From assembly GCA_030695685.1 (NCBI GenBank), contig JAUYPT010000078.1, positions 1-35,169 on the forward strand: 35,169 nt of DNA, given 5' to 3'. The notes beneath the pieces are model-generated. The model ran no database searches and was not told where the DNA came from. It saw nothing but the letters and a program-made list of their open reading frames with translations. This DNA comes from Nanobdellota archaeon. Its GTDB lineage: Archaea; Nanobdellota; Nanobdellia; Woesearchaeales; GW2011-AR9. The first letter of the stretch is position 1, and each line of letters opens with the position of its first letter. Both the position numbers and the translations under genes were made by a program. Of the stretch, positions 17,194-24,439 are shown one piece after another.

Positions 17194-17201
17194 TTTAAAT
17201 A
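17194..17201. promoter_or_regulatory. TATA-like box TTTAAATA (within near-palindromic TTTAAATATTT) between divergent genes
   Basis: It lies 27 nt from the ATG at 17167 (minus strand) and 22 nt from the ATG at 17223 (plus strand). Confidence 0.45.
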
Positions 17202-17222
17202 TTTTTCTATCATAAACAGCCT

Positions 17223-17909
17223 ATGAATCTGCGCATTATTGGAACATCGCATATTGCCCGGCAAAGTATTGAGGAAATTAAAAAGGCTATTGAAGATGAT
17301 ACACCGGATATCGTTGCCGTTGAATTAGATCGAGAACGAGCTGCCGCGCTGATGCAAAAACAGCAGCGCCGTATTTCCTTCCGTGAGATTGCGCAGATTG
17401 GCCTTCGGGGATATTTGTTTGTAAGGATAGGACAGTACCTGCAGCAAAAATTAGGAAAAATGGTTGGTGTTGCACCCGGTTCCGAAATGAAGGCTGCAAT
17501 AGAACTAGCCCGAAAAAAAAATCTGGAATTAGCGCTTATCGATCAGCCGATTACAACGACACTGCGTCATTTTTCCAAAAATTTAACCTGGACGGAAAAA
17601 GGGCGTTTTGTTTTGGATATGGTTAAAGGAGTATTTCTTCCCAAAAAACAAATCAAGGAATTAGGATTAGACAACTTTGACCTGCATAAAGTTCCTGCCG
17701 ATGAAATGATTCAAAAAATGATGGCGCCACTAAAACGAAGATATCCTTCGGTATACAAAACATTAGTAGAAGACCGCAATAAGTATATGGTCAAACAACT
17801 GATAAAACTGATGCGTGAAAAGCCGGGGAAAAAGATTCTTGCCGTCGTCGGTGCAGGACATAAAGAAGGGATGGAGAAGCTCTTGCTGAAAGTAGAGATT
17901 GTGAGATAA
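17223..17909 (+). CDS. TraB/PrgY-family protein
   Basis: IIGTSHIARQSIEEI...PDIVAVELDRER...VVGAGHKEGM matches the TraB family (GTSH...ELD...GAGH). Confidence 0.8.
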   Translation: MNLRIIGTSHIARQSIEEIKKAIEDDTPDIVAVELDRERAAALMQKQQRRISFREIAQIGLRGYLFVRIGQYLQQKLGKMVGVAPGSEMKAAIELARKKNLELALIDQPITTTLRHFSKNLTWTEKGRFVLDMVKGVFLPKKQIKELGLDNFDLHKVPADEMIQKMMAPLKRRYPSVYKTLVEDRNKYMVKQLIKLMREKPGKKILAVVGAGHKEGMEKLLLKVEIVR

Positions 17910-17969
17910 GTTATTGAGTTTAGAAATACTCAAAAAGGAAACATCGCTAGGCTGTGCAGGGGTGGAAAA

Positions 17970-18584
17970 ATGAAAGAAATAAAACTGGATACAAAATTAG
18001 CACAGTTAGTTGATGAAGCAGGAAAAATGTATACAGGAGAATTAATAGCCAGATTAGAGTATCATGCTGAGGAACATTATAATGCTGCTGCCGCAGAACA
18101 TGGAGTACTTTCTTTATTGTTTGATGACATGAGTTTAAAATGTGCGAATGCTTATTATATTGTTGAGAAGGAAATAAGTGAAAAAAAACAGGAAATAAAG
18201 TTTGGACCATTTCAGGCCTTCTTATCAGTTATACTTTACAGAAATGATCCGAAAGCAAAAATAAAAATAGCAGCACCAACAAAAGTGCGATTTGATGAAA
18301 ATTTAGAAAGTCTTGTTGATGAAGAAGGAGTTAAATATGAAGGAAAACGATTTAAAACTATTTCCGCCAATTCTTACAGCCATTCTACGTCTCAGGAAGC
18401 GACAGCAGTTGCCGTACAAAAGTTAGTACACACTATTGAAGATATCAATAGTAAAGAATACGAAAGTAATGCCTATGGACCGGTTACGGCGTATGAAATC
18501 ATTGGTTCTCATTGTAGCGATACACGGCAGGAATATGACACCACACCATTTACAGCAACGGTTACAGCAATTTTGTATAAATAA
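17970..18584 (+). CDS. Hypothetical protein with internal two-fold repeat
   Basis: 204-aa ORF preceded by GGGGTGG. The repeats are LAQLVDEAGKMYTGE / LESLVDEEGVKYEGK and FGPFQAFLSVIL / YGPVTAYEIIGS. Confidence 0.6.
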   Translation: MKEIKLDTKLAQLVDEAGKMYTGELIARLEYHAEEHYNAAAAEHGVLSLLFDDMSLKCANAYYIVEKEISEKKQEIKFGPFQAFLSVILYRNDPKAKIKIAAPTKVRFDENLESLVDEEGVKYEGKRFKTISANSYSHSTSQEATAVAVQKLVHTIEDINSKEYESNAYGPVTAYEIIGSHCSDTRQEYDTTPFTATVTAILYK

Positions 18585-18599
18585 AGCAGGAGGGGAAAA

Positions 18600-19349
18600 A
18601 TGGAACTCATCGACAGATACGGCGGGCTTGGTGTTATTTCTTTAACGAACCAGGAAATAGAAAAAGTACAGGTGTTGCGAGAAATAATCAGTAAAAATGG
18701 CATTAAAGATTTCATTGGCAGGGACAGTCCTCGAACACCGGAATATACTGCACTGATGGAAGAACTCTTTCCAGCCTTTCCCCCTTCTTATTGTAATGGT
18801 ATAAATAACTGTATAACAGTTATTAAAAGAGAATCAGATCGTTTTATGGATAAGAATAATAATCTTCTTGGCAAATGTGAAGAATTAGTGATTGATTCAC
18901 GATTAAAACTGAAGGAAAGGAACCATAATTTCTATCAAGCGGATTTGTCGATAGTCTTTCCAAATGGAAAGGAAAACAACAATTATCTCATGACGGTTTC
19001 TCTTCTTTCTTATAATTTGGATGTCATTGATGATGTTGCCGAACTGCTCGGAAAGCGAGAAAATCCTGCAGTTGCAGCACCGCAGGGAATCCCTTGGTGG
19101 GACAAATTTCATCAACAAAAAGACAAAGATAAACAAATCGGTTTTGCGGAAGTGCCCTCTCTCGGCACCGTCAGAGCTGTCTATGAAAAAGCAGAGCGTT
19201 TAGTCGATGATTGTGACAGAAGAGTTAACGTTTGCAGAAAAGATATTGATGTCTTACGGCAGGATTCCATAGAACATCCTAACCTTATGGTGCGGTTAGA
19301 GAGCAGAAGCATGTACAACGGCATTTTACGGGGATTGACAAATCAGTAA
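18600..19349 (+). CDS. Hypothetical protein
   Basis: 249-aa ORF starting 15 nt after the upstream stop, preceded by a strong AGGAGG Shine-Dalgarno-like motif. No family recognised. Confidence 0.6.
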   Translation: MELIDRYGGLGVISLTNQEIEKVQVLREIISKNGIKDFIGRDSPRTPEYTALMEELFPAFPPSYCNGINNCITVIKRESDRFMDKNNNLLGKCEELVIDSRLKLKERNHNFYQADLSIVFPNGKENNNYLMTVSLLSYNLDVIDDVAELLGKRENPAVAAPQGIPWWDKFHQQKDKDKQIGFAEVPSLGTVRAVYEKAERLVDDCDRRVNVCRKDIDVLRQDSIEHPNLMVRLESRSMYNGILRGLTNQ

Positions 19350-19355
19350 CAATGT

Positions 19356-19364
19356 TTTTAAATA
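19356..19364 (+). promoter_or_regulatory. TATA-like box for the RNase P RNA gene
   Basis: TTTTAAATA ends 21 nt before the first base of the P1 helix (19385). Confidence 0.5.
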
Positions 19365-19384
19365 CAGCTGCATAAAACGATAAT

Positions 19385-19788
19385 GGTAGCAGTGGCAGGG
19401 AGCCGACGGTGAACTGTCAAAGGTTTGCTGAGGAAAGTCCGTCCACCCGCGATGTAATTCGCACTATGGTTGCTCTCTTATGAGAGACGGAGAAATCCGT
19501 GGCTCTGGCTCAGAAACGACACGTCCTGCAGACTAAGGGATGATGATGCAAAAAATGAAGATAAATACTTCATTTTTGCACAGAAATATGATCTTTTTCA
19601 TATTTCTTGTGGCGACACTTTCTGTGAAGAAAGTAAGTTAACCCGCGGACGTCTCTGCAGGGACCGATGAAACGGCGAATCCCAACCGGTGCAAGTCAAG
19701 TTTTGACGCTGAGTAGAATGCTCCAACAGGCTATCGGTGCTCATCGAGCACTTTGGGCCTGACAGAAGACGGCTTATGCCACTCTACC
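19385..19788 (+). ncRNA. rnpB: RNase P RNA (archaeal type), about 404 nt
   Basis: CR-I GAGGAAAGUCCG (19430-19441). CR-V ACAGAAGACGGCUUAU (19762-19777), able to form P4 (AAGUCCGUC/GACGGCUU) with the conserved bulged U. P1 pairs GGUAGCAGUGGC (19385-) with GCCACUCUACC (-19788). CR-III-like ACCGGUGCAAG and CR-IV-like GAGUAGAAUG are present. A T6 tract follows. Confidence 0.93.
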
Positions 19789-19790
19789 AC

Positions 19791-19796
19791 TTTTTT
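19791..19796 (+). terminator. Oligo-T tract (archaeal-type terminator) after RNase P RNA
   Basis: TTTTTT begins 2 nt after the 3' strand of P1. Confidence 0.5.
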
Positions 19797-19815
19797 AAAT
19801 CAAACAGAAACAACA

Positions 19816-20742
19816 ATGCTCAAAGATTTATACACACTAATCACACAAGAACTAAGATATTTAGCAGACAAAGAAACACTCTGTGAACTTCCTCTGGTTG
19901 CACATGACCTACTTTTAGGAGCAAAAAGAAAACCAAAAGAACAAAACTTTACTTATATGGATCTTCATGCTCATTTCAGAAAAACAGAAAATATTAGAGA
20001 CATTATTAATGAAGCATCAAAAAGAGTCGATGTGCTTTCGATTGTTACCTGGGCAAAGGAATATAATAATGGAGAAATGAGTTTTTCCGATGCATTAGAA
20101 AAATTAGAGCAAGAAAAAGTAGAGCACCACAAAATTGGAGAGCGAATTGTCGTTATAAATAGGAGTGATGATAGACCATTTTATCTCCTACGAGCAACGG
20201 AAACTTACGTCAAAGAAAATCAAGGAGTTGTTATGGTTGGAACTGATAAGGAATTTTCAGCTGATTCGCTTACATTAGATGATGCCATTAACGAAGCAAC
20301 AGAAATGAATTCTTTTTATTTTTTAGATCATCCTTTTAGTATCGGAGTACCGGTAATTGGCTTTCGCTATCCAACGGAGGAAGAATTAAAACTACGACAA
20401 AAGTGGTTTGATAAGTATAACCCTGTTATTGAAATCCATAACCATCAAAACACGCTGTGGATGTTTCCCTCAAACATTCTTGCAAAGAAAATGGCACAAA
20501 AGCATAACCTTGTCGGAATTGCCAATTCTGACACCCATTTTGGAATAACTGATGTTGGTCTATCACGAACCGTAATACCGTCTTCTTATTTAGATAACTA
20601 TTCTGAAGAAGCTTTTTTAAAAACATTAAAAAATGCGTTATCAATGGCACATTATGATAATATAAAAGTGGAATCAGGATACTCAAGCATCTGGAGTTTT
20701 GGAAAAAATATGATTTTGCCACGATTAATTGGAAGACATTAA
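19816..20742 (+). CDS. PHP-domain metal-dependent phosphoesterase
   Basis: YMDLHAHF (HxH), LDHPF and NSDTHF motifs typical of the PHP family. I set the start at MLKDLY (19816) because the longer ORF (19753) would overlap RNase P RNA. Confidence 0.7.
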   Translation: MLKDLYTLITQELRYLADKETLCELPLVAHDLLLGAKRKPKEQNFTYMDLHAHFRKTENIRDIINEASKRVDVLSIVTWAKEYNNGEMSFSDALEKLEQEKVEHHKIGERIVVINRSDDRPFYLLRATETYVKENQGVVMVGTDKEFSADSLTLDDAINEATEMNSFYFLDHPFSIGVPVIGFRYPTEEELKLRQKWFDKYNPVIEIHNHQNTLWMFPSNILAKKMAQKHNLVGIANSDTHFGITDVGLSRTVIPSSYLDNYSEEAFLKTLKNALSMAHYDNIKVESGYSSIWSFGKNMILPRLIGRH

Positions 20743-20749
20743 CTCTGTT

Positions 20750-21259
20750 CTAAACATATTTTTTAATATATCCATGTATTTCTTCGTGAATCAACCATAC
20801 TACCAAAAGAATGGCATCAATATGTGGTGCAAAGAGATAAACATTCCATGATGGGCAAAAAGAAGGCATTATTGTTAAAGGCCATAAAAACAATTTTGTT
20901 TCTGTGCTGGAAAATCCGCCGTAAAAACAATCTAATACTAGATGGAAAAACCAGCCTACGGCAATGACTGCAAAGATTTTTGCCCATTTCTGGTCGTCTT
21001 GATAATGGCGAATAAAGGCAAGCGCTAAAAAAAGCAGCACGAAAAAAATGCTGTGTGTAAAAAGACCATGGAAATAAACCGTAGTTCCACTAACTAAACT
21101 TAAAAACCAACCCAAAGGAATATCTACATCAGGAACTAAGCCTGCTATTCCGCCAATAACAACCAAATAGCGAGGAAATTTATCTTTTTCAAAAACATAG
21201 TAGCGAAAAAGTTCAAGAATTATAATAACCACCAAAACGTGGGTAACTGCCAAAGCCAT
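20750..21259 (-). CDS. Membrane-bound metal-dependent hydrolase (YdjM/DUF457-like)
   Basis: Polytopic hydrophobic 169-aa ORF with PDVDIPLG and HGLFTHS motifs characteristic of that family. Confidence 0.6.
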   Translation of the reverse strand: MALAVTHVLVVIIILELFRYYVFEKDKFPRYLVVIGGIAGLVPDVDIPLGWFLSLVSGTTVYFHGLFTHSIFFVLLFLALAFIRHYQDDQKWAKIFAVIAVGWFFHLVLDCFYGGFSSTETKLFLWPLTIMPSFCPSWNVYLFAPHIDAILLVVWLIHEEIHGYIKKYV

Positions 21260-21341
21260 CTGATTAGTATTAAATCACGACATATAAATATATCGACAGA
21301 AAAATATTTGAACAGCAACGCTTATTGTTTGTTAAGGAAAA

Positions 21342-21779
21342 ATGGCAAAATACACTCAAAAAAAGATAAGTGAATTAGAATTGTTGGTCAGCGGTGAAAA
21401 GGTTGAAGTTATTGGAAAAATACTTGATTCCCCGCAAAAGATATTGAGAGTGGTAGAGAACATTATCGGTGCAGGTATCCGCCAAAATAACTATTTTATT
21501 ACAAAACTTGTTGATCAAGTTGTAAATAGTTATGTTGATATTACCGGCCCTGCGGCGGACCACCATTATGTAAACGATATGGAAATATTTGTAGAAAAAG
21601 CAGCTCAATTATCTTCTTTCGTTATTATTAAGGGAATTTATCATACTCACTTACGTTCCATTGAGATTATTGACATTAAAGATTATGAACATGGAAATAT
21701 ATCACTCATTCCTGATAACAGTGAAGGAGTTCTGTCTATAACTGAAAAAAATTATGGCAATCTTAGCTTTAAAAAATGA
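21342..21779 (+). CDS. Hypothetical protein
   Basis: 145-aa ORF; no family recognised. Confidence 0.5.
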   Translation: MAKYTQKKISELELLVSGEKVEVIGKILDSPQKILRVVENIIGAGIRQNNYFITKLVDQVVNSYVDITGPAADHHYVNDMEIFVEKAAQLSSFVIIKGIYHTHLRSIEIIDIKDYEHGNISLIPDNSEGVLSITEKNYGNLSFKK

Positions 21780-21924
21780 CATTCTACTTATTGGCATTAG
21801 ATCAAGCACAGAAAAAGACATCTCCATTAAAGGTTTAGAAATAGTCAAAACATGTGACAAAATTTATAGGGAAAATTATAAAAATAAAATTTTTATTTCT
21901 TTTTCTTCCAAAAACTATATATAA
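21754..21924 (+). pseudogene. Truncated relic resembling the N-terminus of diphthine synthase (Dph5) / tetrapyrrole-methylase-fold enzymes
   Basis: My own translation of this frame gives MAILALKNDILLIGIRSSTEKDISIKGLEIVKTCDKIYRENYKNKIFISFSSKNYI*. The segment L.IG....EKDIS.KGLEI.K.CD.IY.E.Y matches the conserved Dph5 N-terminus (..GLGL.DE.DIT.KGLE..K..D.VY.E.YTS). The ORF stops after 56 aa, whereas Dph5 is roughly 260 aa. Confidence 0.45.
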
Positions 21925-21946
21925 TAAAGATAAAAATAAGATAGTC

Positions 21947-22120
21947 ATGGCACAAGACAACAAAATACGATTGCCGTCCGGACAGGGCGGATTAACCCGA
22001 TTTTCAGATGAATTTAAATCAAGGATAGAATTATCACCGGCAACTGTCGTCGTTTTATGCGTCATCGTCATGATCATCATCATTCTCCTCCATCAATTTG
22101 GAGGCTCTTTATTGATCTAA
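21947..22120 (+). CDS. secG: Preprotein translocase subunit Sec61-beta (archaeal SecG)
   Basis: MAQDNKIRLPSGQGGLTRFSDEFKSRIELSPATVVVLCVIVMIIIILL carries the conserved GL.R(F/Y).DE motif plus a single C-terminal TM. An A/T-rich TATATATAATAAA lies upstream. The longer ORF start (21854) adds an implausible N-terminus. Confidence 0.8.
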   Translation: MAQDNKIRLPSGQGGLTRFSDEFKSRIELSPATVVVLCVIVMIIIILLHQFGGSLLI

Positions 22121-22121
22121 G

Positions 22122-22466
22122 ATGTTCCCTGGCATTAATCCCCGAAAAGTGCAGCAGATGATGAAGCAGATGGGAATACAGCAAGTAGAAATTCCCGCAT
22201 CTGAAGTTATTATCAAAGGAGAAGAAAAAGATATTATTATCCGTAATCCGTCAGTATCCAAAGTCAATATGATGGGGCAGGAAACGTTCCAGATAACCGG
22301 CGACATTGAAGAGCAGGAACATGCCAGCACTCCGGATTTTTCTGAAGATGACATTAAAACTGTAATGGAACAAGCAGGTGTTACGGCAGAAAAAGCCAGA
22401 ATAGCATTAGAAAAACATCATGGTGACCTTGCCGAAGCCATTCTGTCTTTAAAAGCTGACGAATAA
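22122..22466 (+). CDS. nac: Nascent polypeptide-associated complex protein (NAC)
   Basis: NPRKVQQMMKQMGIQQVEI...VIIKGEEKDIIIRNPSV...QETFQITG is the NAC domain, followed by the C-terminal UBA-like DIKTVMEQAGVTAEKARIALEKHHGDLAEAIL. Confidence 0.92.
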   Translation: MFPGINPRKVQQMMKQMGIQQVEIPASEVIIKGEEKDIIIRNPSVSKVNMMGQETFQITGDIEEQEHASTPDFSEDDIKTVMEQAGVTAEKARIALEKHHGDLAEAILSLKADE

Positions 22467-22496
22467 TTTTTATAGTCCAATCTATATACTAACTGT

Positions 22497-22973
22497 ATGG
22501 ATGCGGCGGTGCAATCTTCCTGGAAAAAGGCAGTCAAACACTATGATGCTGCAGAATATTTTCTGAATGTTACGTATCCATCATTGAAAGACCCGATACT
22601 TTTTATTGGGATTATCACTAATATTTTTTCATCCCTGGAAGCAGCAATGGATTCGGTGTTGATCCACGGGCAGAATCAAGGAATGGTGCCGAAAGGCGCA
22701 ACCACTTTTTTAGAAAAATTGCGAGTATTCCGCAGCCGCAGCGCCCAGCAGCATGCCATACCTCACGAATACTTGCATCTTATGGCTGACATTAAAAATG
22801 TCCTTGATTTCCATAAAAAGAGCCCGATTGAATTCCGGCGAAAAGGCACGTTTTTCATCTGTGCCAAGGAATACGAGATACAATCGCTGACAATAACTGA
22901 TATACGAAGCCACTTATATAAAGCGCAAGAGTTCCTGAAGCTCGTGGAAGTTATAATTAACAGTAGGTATTAA
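22497..22973 (+). CDS. Hypothetical helical protein, paralogue 1
   Basis: 158-aa ORF with shared architecture and motifs with 23194-23661 (SPIEFRRKGTFF vs REEYRRHVTMT). Confidence 0.55.
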   Translation: MDAAVQSSWKKAVKHYDAAEYFLNVTYPSLKDPILFIGIITNIFSSLEAAMDSVLIHGQNQGMVPKGATTFLEKLRVFRSRSAQQHAIPHEYLHLMADIKNVLDFHKKSPIEFRRKGTFFICAKEYEIQSLTITDIRSHLYKAQEFLKLVEVIINSRY

Positions 22974-23119
22974 GTCTGCCTGCGGGCCGTTCGCTTCGTG
23001 CTTTCTCGTCATGGTTTGATTTGGATAGCCGTAGGTTAGTCATAAAGAAAGCAACCAATAAACTAGGTGCAAGCAATGGCCGTTCTCAGCTTACCTCGTG
23101 GCCGGGCAGGCAGACTTAA
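22970..23119. repeat. 150-nt element bounded by 14-bp perfect inverted termini (TTAAGTCTGCCTGC / GCAGGCAGACTTAA) plus 4 further bp; MITE-like element or structured ncRNA
   Basis: The inverted termini are read directly. The interior is GC-richer than the flanks and has further complementary segments (TGCTTTCT/AGAAAGCA). The 5' terminus overlaps the stop codon of the upstream ORF. Confidence 0.55.
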
Positions 23120-23193
23120 CTTAATACGTACAATTAACAGAAAATAATAAATAGAAGCGTCATCTACCCCCATGTTCTTAAGGACGTCTTTAG

Positions 23194-23661
23194 ATGAATG
23201 AATATCTTTTAGAAGCGCGGGAAGAGCTTAAACGGTTGGAACATATCATTTATGTTAGTTTGAAATATACAAGAACGGTCGATGTTCTTCGAAATGCCCT
23301 TAACAGGATGGTTAGTATGTTTGACTTGGTTGTTGACGCCTTCTTAGAAAAAGCAAAAGAAGAGGGCCTGATCGATTTATTTCCTAAAAGCCCTGCCCTG
23401 CGAGCCAAAAGAGTAGAGGAAATGTATCCTGAAGACAAAGAACTGCATCAGTATCTCGCGTTTTATGCCTTTCTCAAGAATATACTCAAAAAGGAATTTC
23501 AAAAAAGAGAAGAATATAGACGGCATGTGACGATGACATTAGAAATAGATAACTCCACAGCAGAAGTGAATATTGATAATTTAATGAATTGTGAGAAATA
23601 TGTGCATCTTTTTTACAACTATGCCCTCGAGAAGATTGACGGCATCAAAAACGAGGATTAG
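23194..23661 (+). CDS. Hypothetical helical protein, paralogue 2
   Basis: 155-aa ORF of similar length and pattern to 22497-22973. Confidence 0.55.
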   Translation: MNEYLLEAREELKRLEHIIYVSLKYTRTVDVLRNALNRMVSMFDLVVDAFLEKAKEEGLIDLFPKSPALRAKRVEEMYPEDKELHQYLAFYAFLKNILKKEFQKREEYRRHVTMTLEIDNSTAEVNIDNLMNCEKYVHLFYNYALEKIDGIKNED

Positions 23662-23722
23662 TGTCTTATTGTAGAGATTAACAACAAAAATATTAAATAC
23701 CTTCTTTATTTAATCTCCTGTA

Positions 23723-24439
23723 ATGACTAAATTTGTGGCATTAATATCGGGAAAGGGAGGAACCGGCAAAACAACGTCGACGCTTAATATTGGCCATGCT
23801 CTGAAAGAGCGGGACAGAAAAGTAATTCTTCTTGATGCCAACCTCGTGACGCCAAACTTGGCAATCCAGCTGGGATTTATCAACCCTGAAGGAACAATCA
23901 ACAAATTTCTCCGAAAAGAAAAAGATCTCAAGGAGATTATGTATCTTCATGAAAGCGGCTTGTCCTTAATCCCAGCATCGCCGTCATACCATGAATTCCA
24001 GAAAACGAATTCACAGGATTTAACAGAGATTTTTGAACACCTTGATAATATGGCAGATTTTGTCCTTGTCGATGCGCCGAGCGGGTTAGGATATGATGTT
24101 AACCAGGTGCTTAAAAATTGTGATGAAACGGTTCTTGTTGTTAACCCTAATTTAAGTTCAATGATGGACGCCCTTAAAACGATTCAGCTGGCGAAAGTAA
24201 ATCAAACATTCATTGTCGGCATCATCCTTAATATGACCCATCGCGGCTGGAACGAGATGAAACCACAGGAGGTGGAGGAAATACTAGGATACCCTATTAT
24301 TGCCAACATTAAACACGACCGCAAAGTGCGAAAATCAGTCCATCTGCAGACACCGCTTCATTATATGTATCCCCGTTCTAGGTCAGCACGGGAATTCAAT
24401 AAAGTGGCAGCAGTTCTCTGCCATGAGCAGACACTATGA
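23723..24439 (+). CDS. minD: MinD/ParA-family P-loop ATPase
   Basis: Deviant Walker A SGKGGTGKTTS, then VILLDAN and VLVDAPSG. A TATA-like ATATTAAATA lies about 25 nt upstream. Confidence 0.88.
   Translation: MTKFVALISGKGGTGKTTSTLNIGHALKERDRKVILLDANLVTPNLAIQLGFINPEGTINKFLRKEKDLKEIMYLHESGLSLIPASPSYHEFQKTNSQDLTEIFEHLDNMADFVLVDAPSGLGYDVNQVLKNCDETVLVVNPNLSSMMDALKTIQLAKVNQTFIVGIILNMTHRGWNEMKPQEVEEILGYPIIANIKHDRKVRKSVHLQTPLHYMYPRSRSAREFNKVAAVLCHEQTL

Noticed and set aside
19470-19670. 66-aa ORF, plus the N-terminal 21 codons of ORF 19753-20742.
   Set aside because: Both fall inside the RNase P RNA gene (19385-19788). The PHP gene has a good internal ATG at 19816, downstream of the RNA and its T-tract.
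21835-22083. 82-aa minus-strand ORF and the 88-aa plus-strand ORF start at 21854.
   Set aside because: The region is better explained by the Dph5-like relic, an AT-rich promoter and the 57-aa Sec61beta gene starting at 21947. The extra residues are poly-Ile/Phe/Lys translations of AT-rich DNA.
22970-23119. Possibility that the 150-nt helix-closed element is 5S rRNA, SRP RNA or a tRNA.
   Set aside because: No T-loop or cloverleaf could be found on either strand. The element is too short for an archaeal SRP RNA (about 300 nt). The stretch AAAGAAAGCAACCAA only loosely resembles the SRP helix-8 motif. An 18-bp terminal helix does not fit 5S rRNA helix I. It is kept only as an unclassified element.
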